This document shows, one piece after another, positions 54,127 through 64,000 of a stretch of 64,000 nt of DNA. The stretch lies in assembly GCA_051294905.1 (NCBI GenBank), contig CM119372.1, forward strand, positions 24,368,001 through 24,432,000. Reading direction: 5' to 3'. Source of the stretch: Botryllus schlosseri. Its lineage: Eukaryota. Position numbers and translations under genes: made by a program. Each line of letters starts with the position of its first letter. Position 1 is the stretch's first letter. Under the pieces are notes generated by a model. It did not search any database. It was given only the letters and a program-made list of their open reading frames with translations, and was not told the DNA's origin.

Positions 54127-54729
54127 CTTTCGATTCTCTCTACACGTGATCGACTACCTTTTTAAGTTCCAGCTTACTTGAATTCAATGCATTAACAGTT
54201 ATTTGTGTTTATCAATGAATAATCCAACCACCGTGGCACAGGGGACTACGTGGTATTCTGCCTGAGTTACAGCTAGAACGGTACGGAGATGCAATCCATG
54301 AAGTACAACGTGTATGAGGAAGCGGAAAATCGACAGATATATCAAAACACCTTTGTCCCTAAAAATGGTGAATATTCTTTCGAAAATATTCACACTCCTT
54401 AAGTCCTAAATATCTGATGTAATTCTAGACAATGTGAATATGAACTATTATTTCTTGATGCGTATAAGACCATTCTCTTCGTCGGTAGGTTACTATATGA
54501 TTCCCGCTTTATGTTTGGCATCAAGTTGCATTCAGTAGATTTCACTACATATATTGCAAAATGCAGTGGTCATGATAAATAGGAGACAGTTTGTCACAGT
54601 TGCGATAGATTTATATGGGGGACGGAGATCAAGGTTTCAAAAGACGCTAACAGAGCCCCAAAAAAAATGCTTGGGAGTGAGATATCTGTCGCATTAAAAC
54701 TGCTATGTAATAAATATCGTTCCATTTAG

Positions 54730-54879
54730 GTGGCGATCAACCATCGGACAAGGCAGAGAGGCGGTTCGGCCAAAACTGCGTGAAAGGAATTGCTGTCATC
54801 TTACTACTCGCAGCAGCAATTGCTGTACTAGCAACAATCTTCACGCTGCATCTTCAACTCAAAGACACTTGGCATCGAG
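54730..54879 (+). CDS. ITLN: Transmembrane-anchor exon of a plus-strand intelectin paralog
   Basis: tttag acceptor, gttggt donor, phase 1-1, open frame GDQPSDKAERRFGQNCVKGIAVILLLAAAIAVLATIFTLHLQLKDTWHR. Homologous to 26775-26620. Intelectin identity is inferred from paralogy. Confidence 0.75.
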
Positions 54880-54912
54880 GTTGGTAGAACAGAGTATGGC
54901 AGCTTTTGTAAC

Positions 54913-56434
54913 CAGGGCATGGTATGTTATAGTATGGAACGAGAAATACCATACTTACGATTTTTCATACCATAGAAACATTCTTCCATACCATATATTG
55001 ATACATTTTCTATACTTTCGCAGTTGCCCAACCTCTCATCTAATAGTTATTTTTGGTGTGTGGAAATTTTCCGGCGTTTCTACTATGATTATTTTTGGTG
55101 AAATTATTCATTAAAACTAGTGTTACCATACGTCCTCTTTTTGAAGGATTTGTCTTCTTTTTTTACTTTTTTGAAAGTGTCCTCGGAGGACGCCCAAATG
55201 AGCTCTTTTTTGAGAATTTTAGTTAAATGTCGGGCAAAATTCGACTCAGATACAGTAAATTAGCACTGAAGTAACGCTACGGCTGCTATTTCGGGAGCTG
55301 AGTCGGAAAGTTGACCTTTTTTTAGTCAACCGACCACGAAGTGCGAAAAATTTACCATTTTTCCGGGATTCTCCTCCGATATTGCTAGTCTGAAAATTTT
55401 CAAAAAGTGTCCTCTTTTCAGATTTCCAAAATATGGTAACCCTAATTTAAACAGTCTTGATGCACTAATTCTAACCCCAATTTCTTTTTGTCGCATGTCT
55501 GCGACGTAGGTTGCGTAATCATAGAAGACGGAACGTAAAATATGTAGGATTATTGGGGAATCGCAACAGAAGCTCATGACATCTAAAACTAGTGTGGCAA
55601 CGTACTGCTAGCAGTAAACTACAAAATTATATACAACAAATATATTGTCCCATCAGAATATATCCTAGAATACAATTTAACTTCGCTACAATGATTAGGG
55701 ATTTTGCGATAGGGAATTAAATGTCCGATTGCTTGCATAGGTGTGGGTGATACTCATTAGCCAACATCAGGGTTCGATTCTTTTATCAGAGATAACCCGA
55801 TTTAATGAAGTTACGATGTCTGTTATAGAGACCGGCATGGCGTAACATCGCTCCGAGACAAGCTACACATTTTTTAAAATTACAATGATGCGTATGTCAA
55901 ATAGATATTGCGGAATGACTGATGACCATCCGAGCAAAGCACAAGAAATGATTTCCTAGTGCACCAAATTAATGTGAATATCCATGTAACTGCTACATTC
56001 TCAGACTTTACGATTTTTAAACTCCTCTTGGTAGCTTACGGAGTTGAAGTTACGGTATTCGAAATGTAAAATGTGACGCTGTAACGCCACAGTCGTCAAA
56101 TATCATTCATTTTAAGATCTATAGATTGTAATAATTTTCATCAATATTATTTCCTTCATATTCTCGTTGCACAACTAATTTGTATTCAAATAGATGTCAA
56201 CCGGGTTGAGAAATGAACATAGAACTGTCAGTGAATGATTTTCTGAGGTATGCCGTCGATTCGACAAATCGAAAGAATGGGATCATTACCATGGTTCGGC
56301 AATACTATACCGAAGTATGGAAGTATATGGAATATAATTTCCACACCATATTGGAAAACTTACATACCATGCAATGCTTTCACATTTCCGTATTCCATGC
56401 CGAAATTCCGTTCCACATGCCATACCATACTCGA
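54913..56434. mobile_element. Intronic hAT-type element (atacc/ggtat repeats) with nested MITE 55118-55444
   Basis: TSD TTTGTAAC on both sides, ends cagggcatggtatg / cataccatactcga (degenerate). The empty site is at ~26586-26593 in the paralog. Inner TSD ATTAAAAC/ATTTAAAC. Confidence 0.8.
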
Positions 56435-56688
56435 TTTGTAACTCACGGCGGTTCTGACTATTATATAGTGTTTAACAGAGGTGGTCAGTAACGAAGTACT
56501 TCTACTTTTTCGAAGTAGGCCTACTCAAGTAGTTTTGCTCTACTAGTGGTACTAACTCAAGTAGATCTTTTTTTCGCTACTTCTACTTCTACTTCATAGT
56601 ATTTTGTGATCTACTTACTTACTTTTCGCTATTTTCAGTTTGTTAAATAGAAGTAGTTTAATCCTCCAATAAGAAAGATAGCCTAAGG

Positions 56689-57085
56689 CAGTGGTTCTCA
56701 ACCGGAGGTCCGCGAAGCCTCTAAATTTGAAGAATGGTTGATAACTTAATTTGTAATTTTTTGGAATTAGAGAAATCAAGAGGCAGTTTCGCTTCATAAC
56801 TCACATAAACTGTATGAGATGATATATTCTACTGTGCAAACTCCTTCTAATTGCCAAATTGCCACAAGCCTACTGATACAGACATATTGCTGTTCAGGGA
56901 CGTTTTGTTGGGGTTTTGGAAAATAGCTTTGTTGCTGCTTATCACTATGCTACAGATGATACTTGCACTGGACAGAATACCGTTGCACGATAATAGAGCT
57001 AAATTTAAACTAAAACTTTGGTGTCTGCGGGGGTCCGTCACGGTCCAAACGGGGTCAGCGAAGACAAAAACGTTGAGCACCACTG
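56689..57085. mobile_element. Nested hAT (Buster-type) MITE
   Basis: TIR cagtggttctcaac / gttgagcaccactg, perfect TSD GCCTAAGG. Empty site gcctgagg at ~42544. Confidence 0.92.
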
Positions 57086-58166
57086 GCCTAAGGAATTTCG
57101 GGACTGTTTTCACGAAGTACCAACATTTAATTTTCATAAAAGTCATGTCATAACCAGAATTTTCGTGGCGCCTCTCGCACAGTAGATATGGAGTGACAAA
57201 TATGTTTTAACGAAAGTATCGCTGAATATAACTTAGATACCGCGTTGCGTGGTTCCGTTCACACCGCATTGTCGCCTATATCATATTTCATCGCAGTAAG
57301 TATGGGCCCCCCATAACGTTTGAAACTACCGTTTCGCTATCTAGCAATTACCTATTATACCTATAGCAGCCCATGACGTGTCCTAATCTGGAAAAGCGGA
57401 CTTAGACTTTTTGAACGTTAGACCTGTTTTAGCAAACCACAGTTTATTTATTTATTGGAAGAAGAAAAAGAGTGGTGCCAGCAAACCACGGTTGAAACTT
57501 TCTAGACAAACGATATGAAATATATTTTCCGCTTTTTAGAAGTAGTATTTGTATTTTTCTTTCGATTACGAGTATTATACGTTGAGTTCTAATTATAGTT
57601 TCAGTTCTTTTGTTTGGAGAACATACATGTCGAAGTATAAAAGCAAGTGTAGTAATGCCTTATATTTTCCGAAAATAAAGCAATACAGTATTTTTACGAT
57701 CAGCCATATATTTAATTAACGTATGCTAATCGCGCAAAGTGTTAAAGTCATGTCCGACACCACTTGTCCGAATTGCTCTTCGACTGAACTAGGGGCCTTA
57801 TAATTTGGGGGAGGGCGCCATGCCATGATATTCTCTAAAACGGGGTGTTCGAGTAAACAAAGGATTAGTATGGCATTTCCACATCAATACTATCATTTAT
57901 ATCCCATGATGTGGACAACTGCTTATTCCGTCAAAAATTGACACCTCCTGTGATGCATCAATATGAATCAAGGGATTCGCGTCTGACCGCCGAGGTGTGC
58001 GGACGTGTCTAAATTGAGCAGCTCATCCTGCAATCAGCGTCGAGAGCTTGTTGCGAGGTTTTGGTCTTCTGGTGTAAAGGCTTACTTGTAGTAATACTCT
58101 AGCGGTACTCGGATAGGATTACGTGCAGTGAGAAGTTAATTGCTGTATAAGCCACCATCCAGCCTG

Positions 58167-59546
58167 ATGGCAGCGGATGTTGGTAACGATGACATGGAAT
58201 TTACTGTTGTCACGTCAAAACGCAGTAAAAGGGGTTCACAAAGCGAGTCTGATTGTGATAGTCCGCCATTGAAAGCAATGAATAATAAGTCTGATGCAGA
58301 CTATTCTGGCCGCTCAGCCGATCCAGCTCGCACCGAAAATTTGAAAATAGTTGTTAAGGGTAAAGATAGGAAGATGAAACACTATCATCCTACCACAGTG
58401 AACAAGTGCTTACACGCAGTGATTGGTAATTATGAAGGGATCCGTGTCTTCCCGTCGGGAGACTTACTCGTCACCTGCCACAATCGCATGCAGGCCGATA
58501 AGCTCCTATCTCTAGATATGTTTACGGACGGAGTAGTGTCAATTCCAATTAATACGGGATGTTACGATGAGAGTAAACTGCATCAGCATGCGTCTAGGGC
58601 CGTTATCCGAGGTGTGCCAGCTGACATGTCAGAATACGAAGTTGTTGAATTCCTCAGCGAATCACACGTGTGCTTTGCTAAACGTCTAAAACGCAAGTCC
58701 ACTGATGGCTATGTTGCTAGTTTGTCAATGCTGCTCGGGTTTAATGTTCCAACACCTCCAGATGAGTTGTATATTGGATATCTTCGATTCAAGACCAATC
58801 CCTATAATCCTCCCCCATTGAGGTGCCACCGATGCAATCGATTTGGTCACACGAAGGCAAATTGCGGCGGAAGAAAAACGTGCTCCAAATGTGGGAGTCA
58901 TGAGCATGAACATCATCAGTGCGATCAGGAAAAGAGGTGTGTCAATTGTAAAATGCCCCATAGCGCAGCATACGGTGGGTGCCCAGTGTATAAAAGGGAA
59001 GCCAAAATACAAATAATTCGAGAACGAGAGAGTCTATCGTATGTCGATGCTAAATCCAAAGTATCGCATGTCGATGCTAAATCAAAAGCACCAGAAACGT
59101 CTTCACATACACAATTGTCGCCAACTCCCAGCGGTAAAACTTATAGTCAGGCTGTACACAGACGGCAGGCTGTACACCAACGTCAGAACGCCTCTGCTAT
59201 GTCAACTTCGGCGAAAATCAGTCCACCGCGACAACCCCTTCCAAATGATGCGAACTTATCATTTTTGGAGACCTCTTCTCATGTAAACGAGGCCACCGAG
59301 GCCGCCAGTACCCCGTCCGAATCAGATCACGACTCGTCAATTCTATCTATCATGTCTTCTACACATCCGTTACTATTCTTCGCATTCATATGCGAAATTG
59401 TGAACCTCACAGCTAAAACTTGTCGTTCAAGCGATGATATCGATCTTCCGTCATTGATTACCTCCGCGGCTCAGAAGTGGCTAAGCGTTTCTTTCGACCC
59501 TGAATCACTGAAAAGCCTTTTGAGCGCAGTTCCACAAAATGTATAA
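58167..59546 (+). CDS. LINE ORF1, gag-like nucleic-acid-binding protein with three CCHC knuckles
   Basis: CHRCNRFGHTKANC, CSKCGSHEHEHHQC and CVNCKMPHSAAYGGC. The first ATG is at 58167; the ORF track starts at a TTG at 58140. Confidence 0.95.
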   Translation: MAADVGNDDMEFTVVTSKRSKRGSQSESDCDSPPLKAMNNKSDADYSGRSADPARTENLKIVVKGKDRKMKHYHPTTVNKCLHAVIGNYEGIRVFPSGDLLVTCHNRMQADKLLSLDMFTDGVVSIPINTGCYDESKLHQHASRAVIRGVPADMSEYEVVEFLSESHVCFAKRLKRKSTDGYVASLSMLLGFNVPTPPDELYIGYLRFKTNPYNPPPLRCHRCNRFGHTKANCGGRKTCSKCGSHEHEHHQCDQEKRCVNCKMPHSAAYGGCPVYKREAKIQIIRERESLSYVDAKSKVSHVDAKSKAPETSSHTQLSPTPSGKTYSQAVHRRQAVHQRQNASAMSTSAKISPPRQPLPNDANLSFLETSSHVNEATEAASTPSESDHDSSILSIMSSTHPLLFFAFICEIVNLTAKTCRSSDDIDLPSLITSAAQKWLSVSFDPESLKSLLSAVPQNV

Positions 59547-62500
59547 GAACGCTGGTGTTCTTATACTGCAATGGAACTGCAGAGGAATATACAGGAAGTT
59601 ACCTGAACTGAAGAACTTTATAGAACAACTCCCTACGCCTCCTGATATTATGTTAATTCAAGAGACACATCTTATTGATAAATATGTTCCAAAGATTAAA
59701 GGGTACATCATGGAAAGAAAAGATAAAACACTTCGCAGTGGTGGGCTAGCCATTTTAATCAATAAGCAATTGTCTTATCGAATACTCGATATTCATTCAC
59801 CCGGTGGTGGTATAGATACGCTGTGCATCGAAGTGAACGGTTTGCGGATCTGTAACATATACTGCTCTCCCGAATACCGAGTTGTTGATGGTGACTTAGA
59901 CTTCTTGGGTGACCTGTCCGACAGGTCTTTGATATTAGGTGATTTCAATGCCCATCACTGGTCATGGAGTGCTGGAAACTCGAATCGCAGAGGTCACTTG
60001 TTGTATGATTCGATAAATCGGCATGGATTGGTAACCCTGAACGCAACGAGTCCAACTCGCATCAATACTGCATACAACGCAGTGAGCAGGGCCTCACTCA
60101 TCGACTTGTCACTGGCGTCGGCAGATATCGCACACTCGTGCTCTACCAACGTGACAAACTCCCTATTAGGCAGTGATCATTTTGTCATACTGACATCTTT
60201 ATTGGCTAAACTACCCCGCTCTAACAAACGTCCGCTCACTTGGGCCCTCTCGAAGGCAGATTGGGCGAGCTTTCGCCAGATCCTTGATCTGTCCGAGGTG
60301 CCAAATTTAGGGAACAACATTGACGCCATGGTCGACAAATTCACTAGTGATGTATTATGTGCGGCCAGCCTGTCCATTCCAATCAAGAGAAGTCACAGTC
60401 GCTCATCAGTACCATGGTGGAACGACGATTGTGCCAGGGCTGTGAGAAAGAAGAAGGCAGCGTTTTTGAAAATGAGGCAAACGTTTGATGCGCAATACAT
60501 TGCTGAATTTAAACGTAGTCGTGCACAGTGCAGACGAGTGATACTAACAGCGAAACGTGAATCATGGAGATCCTTTTGTGAAACACTTGGCACCAGGGGA
60601 AATCTCCAGAAAGTGTGGAGTGTCGTCCGTTCTATTTCGGGCAATCTTTCTAATAGTTCGGTGGCATCTTTGAAAGTTGGGAGCAATTATATTACTGACG
60701 AAAGAGGAAAAGCACAAATACTAGCGAAGACATTCCAACGTTGTAGCAGCTCTTTGAATTACCGTCATAGGTTGGACTTGAGAGCTTCACTCCTCATAGA
60801 AGTCGAACACCATAGGAACGATACTCTTCTGAACAATCCTTTCACGATTGCAGAGCTCGAGAAAGCACTGAAGTCGAAAAAAGACACGTCCCCGGGACAT
60901 GACACTCTTTGCTACTCCATGTTCAAAAACTTCCCGCCAGATGCCCTACTCAGTATGCTTTCGGTGATAAATAACTCATGGTGCAATGGGACTGTCCCTC
61001 GCAGCTGGAAGCACTCGATTGTTATTCCAATTCCCAAAGGAAACAAGGACCGATCAGACCCACAGTCATATCGTCCTATAGCCTTAACCAGCCACCTCTG
61101 TAAAGTGATGGAGACGATGATTATGAAGCGACTATCTTGGTATCTAGAAAAGCACGGCTTACTCCACTCAGCTCAAAGTGGCTTTCGTCGGGGACGGCGG
61201 GCCCTGGATCATGTTCTCCGATTACACGATGCCACTTACAAAGCTATCCATAATGGAAGATCGGTCTTGGCTGTCTTCTTAGACATCGAGAGAGCATATG
61301 ACATGGTGTGGAGGGCTGCTGCCATCCATAAATTACGGGAAATGGGTATTTCGGGGCCTTGTCTTTCTTGGATCAACAATTTCATACACGACCGTACTTT
61401 TCAAGTTCGAATCGGGACAACGTTATCCGACATTTTCCTCACCGAAAATGGTATTCCGCAGGGGAGTGTGCTTAGCCCTTTGTTATTCAGCATTATGATA
61501 AATGACCTTCCAACAGTTATCGAGTCAGACATGGGGCTCTATGCGGACGATTGTGCCATTTGGGAGGCCGGTCTTGCTGTTGACCAACTTGCTCAAAACA
61601 TTCAGTCATCCCTTGATCAGATCCATCGATGGTGTGTAAAGTGGGGTTTTATGGTATCGGTCGAGAAATCCGTAGCAATGGTTTTCACGAAAAAGCGAAA
61701 TTATGCACAACCTGTACTCAAACTTGGAAGTCATCAACTGAGGTATGTGGAATCCTTCAAATATTTAGGTGTCACTTTTGACAAAAGACTCAACTATAAG
61801 ATACACACATCTAACGTTGCATCCAAATGCGCAAAGCGCATGAATTTACTCAAAATGGTATCCGGCACATCTTGGGGTGCATCCACTCGAACGCTATTAA
61901 CCCTGTATAGGAGCCTGATAAGATCCATCATAGAGTATGGCATGGAAGCGTACTTCTTCGCACCGAAATCATACCTCACGAAAATAATATCAATCCGCAA
62001 TCAAGCTCTGAGACTTTCTTGCGGTGCCATGTCCAGCACCCCTATATGCGTATTAGAGGCCTCGTGTAACGACATGCCCCTTTTTCTAAGGCACCAATAT
62101 CTTTGTCTCAAGTACCGTTCCAAGATCAGAACACAACAATCAAACCCAGCACGCAGTTTATTGGAGGGTTCATGGGAGGAAATGTACAATCTACTCTCGG
62201 ACCGATTTGTGACTTTCAATCTCTTATCCCGACTTCAAATATTGGATGATTTGCAAGTCAGAGGTGACCACCCTCTAACCATATGCCCTTGGTTATTGAA
62301 ATGCGCTATGATTGATACATCATTACAAACAGCCCTCGGACGCGATCCACCAAGTCACCTTGTCGATGCTATATTCAGAGATTATATTTTTGAGCAATAC
62401 CCAAACAGAATGCTAGTTTACACCGATGGATCTAAAAACATCAACGGTGCTGGGTACTCCTTCTACATCCCCGATCGCAATATAAGAACATCAAAAGTAT

Positions 62501-63252
62501 GTTCGAAACTCCTATCAATCTTCTCGATTGAGCTGAAAGCAATATTCGATGCACTGATATGGATTTCAGAAAATTCCATCGAACGAGTTGCTATTCTGAG
62601 TGACTCTTTGAGTGCATTGCTGTCGTTGAAAAACCATCTTGGTGAAAATAACTATATTACCAATCAAATATTAGAACTAACTCACCATCTCTTACATGAA
62701 AGCCATAGAGATATTTCTTTCGTATGGATTCCAGGACACTGTGGTATTGAAGGGAACGAAGTCGCTGACCGACTTGCGAAAGAGGCTTCGGCCCATGACT
62801 TGGCTGACCAAAGTGTAGATCTTACTTCTAGCGAGGCCAACTCATTGATTTTAGGTCGCTGTAGGCAAGACTGGAACCAACGTTTCATTGAAACCGCCTC
62901 TGGAGCACATTTCAAACAGTTCTGCCCTGACATATACACAAAACTACCTACTTTTACCACGCCACGCCGTGCCGAAACCACCATTTTCAGATTACGCACC
63001 GGACACTGTCGTCTCAACTCCCATCTTAACAAAATTGGATGCTCCGATACCCCTGATTGTACCACATGCCATGTAGAAGAAACTGCAGAGCACGTTATTA
63101 TGGAGTGTGCAAAGTACGTTAATGAAAGATGCCAGTTTAGAGCTGCCGTAATGGACCTGAGAGTACCCTTCACCATGGAAAATGTAATAACAAGTGATTA
63201 TATATTACCTTTGCTGTGGGAATTCCTTGCGAAGACAAAAAGACAATACTAA
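59539..63252 (+). CDS. LINE ORF2: AP endonuclease, reverse transcriptase, RNase H and C-terminal CCHC
   Basis: ILQWNCRG..IQETH..LGDFNAHH..SDH (endonuclease); YRPIALTS..QSGFR..FLDIERAYD..GIPQGSVLSP..LYADD (RT); VYTDGS..ELKAI..ILSDS..WIPGHCGIEGNEVAD (RNase H); CTTC...HVIMEC. Confidence 0.98.
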   Translation: MYKNAGVLILQWNCRGIYRKLPELKNFIEQLPTPPDIMLIQETHLIDKYVPKIKGYIMERKDKTLRSGGLAILINKQLSYRILDIHSPGGGIDTLCIEVNGLRICNIYCSPEYRVVDGDLDFLGDLSDRSLILGDFNAHHWSWSAGNSNRRGHLLYDSINRHGLVTLNATSPTRINTAYNAVSRASLIDLSLASADIAHSCSTNVTNSLLGSDHFVILTSLLAKLPRSNKRPLTWALSKADWASFRQILDLSEVPNLGNNIDAMVDKFTSDVLCAASLSIPIKRSHSRSSVPWWNDDCARAVRKKKAAFLKMRQTFDAQYIAEFKRSRAQCRRVILTAKRESWRSFCETLGTRGNLQKVWSVVRSISGNLSNSSVASLKVGSNYITDERGKAQILAKTFQRCSSSLNYRHRLDLRASLLIEVEHHRNDTLLNNPFTIAELEKALKSKKDTSPGHDTLCYSMFKNFPPDALLSMLSVINNSWCNGTVPRSWKHSIVIPIPKGNKDRSDPQSYRPIALTSHLCKVMETMIMKRLSWYLEKHGLLHSAQSGFRRGRRALDHVLRLHDATYKAIHNGRSVLAVFLDIERAYDMVWRAAAIHKLREMGISGPCLSWINNFIHDRTFQVRIGTTLSDIFLTENGIPQGSVLSPLLFSIMINDLPTVIESDMGLYADDCAIWEAGLAVDQLAQNIQSSLDQIHRWCVKWGFMVSVEKSVAMVFTKKRNYAQPVLKLGSHQLRYVESFKYLGVTFDKRLNYKIHTSNVASKCAKRMNLLKMVSGTSWGASTRTLLTLYRSLIRSIIEYGMEAYFFAPKSYLTKIISIRNQALRLSCGAMSSTPICVLEASCNDMPLFLRHQYLCLKYRSKIRTQQSNPARSLLEGSWEEMYNLLSDRFVTFNLLSRLQILDDLQVRGDHPLTICPWLLKCAMIDTSLQTALGRDPPSHLVDAIFRDYIFEQYPNRMLVYTDGSKNINGAGYSFYIPDRNIRTSKVCSKLLSIFSIELKAIFDALIWISENSIERVAILSDSLSALLSLKNHLGENNYITNQILELTHHLLHESHRDISFVWIPGHCGIEGNEVADRLAKEASAHDLADQSVDLTSSEANSLILGRCRQDWNQRFIETASGAHFKQFCPDIYTKLPTFTTPRRAETTIFRLRTGHCRLNSHLNKIGCSDTPDCTTCHVEETAEHVIMECAKYVNERCQFRAAVMDLRVPFTMENVITSDYILPLLWEFLAKTKRQY

Positions 63253-63806
63253 ATGTTTAGTTGACTGTATTTACTTATCGCAATATCGATTCGATTAGCA
63301 ACCGTTACGTCGTGACGCAAAAGACCATAGTTGTTATATGCGTCACTAAAATCGCTTTTAAATATAATAATAATAATAATAATATGAATCAAGCTCTCTA
63401 CACCTTCTGTATAGCTCCATTTGCAGCTTTTGACAGTTCAGGCGAACGAATTGAGATCGCTTTCACATCTACTCACTTACTTGAGTATATTTAAAATCAG
63501 TCAATTCTACTGGTACTTCAATTAGTTTTAGGTTGCTTATGAAAGAAGTACTTCTACTCATAATTGAGTAGATTTTTTCGTCGCTACTTCTACTTCTACT
63601 TGAGTAGCTTTCTTGACTACTTTGACCACCTCTGGTGTTTAACGGTATTGATACATGTATTGTTATCTACTCCTCGCGAAATCGGCTTCATATATGGAAC
63701 GACTATGTTACAGCCAATGTTATTCGTCGAGGTGAAACAATCCCTTATCCATGCATAACATGGACATTAGACATGTTTTAAAGCGCTCTTCCTCCTCCTA
63801 TTGCAG

Positions 63807-63860
63807 AATACGAGAATATTGCAGAAAATCTGGAGCAAATCAAAGAAATGAATTCTAATG
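63807..63860 (+). CDS. ITLN: 54-bp neck exon of the plus-strand intelectin paralog
   Basis: Pyrimidine tract plus ttgcag acceptor and gtgagt donor; YENIAENLEQIKEMNSN. Same length and phase as 23851-23798. Confidence 0.78.
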
Positions 63861-63944
63861 GTGAGTCTGCATGGACCATGACGCATACCCTCGCGAGATC
63901 GTGCATGCAGGATTATCTGGAGATTGATCTTCATTCCACAAGAC

Positions 63945-64000
63945 CAGGGGTTGGCAACCTGCGGCCGTATAGAAGGGAATTTGTGCGGCCGTGGACGTGG
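63945..64000. mobile_element. Left end of a hAT-type MITE; inverted relative at ~36735-36793
   Basis: caggggttggcaacctgcggccgt...gaagggaatttgtgcggccgtggac matches the reverse complement of 36739-36793. Confidence 0.75.

Larger units (their letters stand above)
57973..63380 (+). mobile_element. Full-length non-LTR retrotransposon (LINE), I group (I/Nimb-like)
   Basis: 13-bp TSD AATATGAATCAAG (57960-57972, 63381-63393), ~190-bp 5' UTR, two intact ORFs, 3' UTR stem-loop and a (TAA)n tail. Confidence 0.97.
56476..63634. mobile_element. cagaggtggtca element, copy 2, hosting a MITE and the LINE
   Basis: Same TIRs as 42345-43921, perfect TSD GTGTTTAA (56468-56475, 63635-63642). The empty site is at ~26553-26560 in the paralog. 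Confidence 0.92.

Noticed and set aside
56190..56491. Possible exon of the plus-strand paralog (SIRQIE resembling SIRQLN)
   Set aside because: It lies inside the TSD-bounded insertion 54913-56434 and has no clean phase-compatible splice sites.
58725..63176. Antisense and alternate-frame ORFs within the LINE
   Set aside because: These are shadow ORFs of the long coding frames, with no motifs.
63643..63735. Block conserved with ~26455-26550 as a coding exon
   Set aside because: No frame with shared splice sites exists in both copies, so it is treated as conserved intron.

Overview
Eukaryotic, AT-rich, transposon-saturated animal DNA. An invertebrate chordate such as an ascidian is likely, but that is inference from the intelectin locus and TE mix. 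Host genes form an intelectin (fibrinogen-related X-lectin) cluster with three parts. (i) A complete six-exon intelectin on the minus strand (26710->16076). (ii) The 5' part of a paralog on the plus strand (transmembrane exon 54730-54879, neck exon 63807-63860, continuing past the window). (iii) An orphan intelectin last exon at 37696-37914 (+). The two main paralogs lie head-to-head in an old inverted duplication (~26450-30350 vs ~48720-63730). Their architecture is hydrophilic N-terminal segment, hydrophobic anchor, helical neck, lectin domain, so they look like type II membrane intelectins. The minus copy has a stop just upstream of the anchor and a new ATG at its start. The rest is mobile DNA: an intact I/Nimb-type LINE (57973-63380, 13-bp TSD), a degraded Ty3/Gypsy 3' end, two decayed Chapaev3-like transposons, two tRNA-derived SINEs and more than 15 hAT-type non-autonomous elements with 8-bp TSDs, often nested. 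A recurrent TA-GGC(C)-TA micro-insertion is demonstrable by comparing repeat copies and looks like a transposon excision footprint. All calls were made by eye and by manual translation; no database searches were run.
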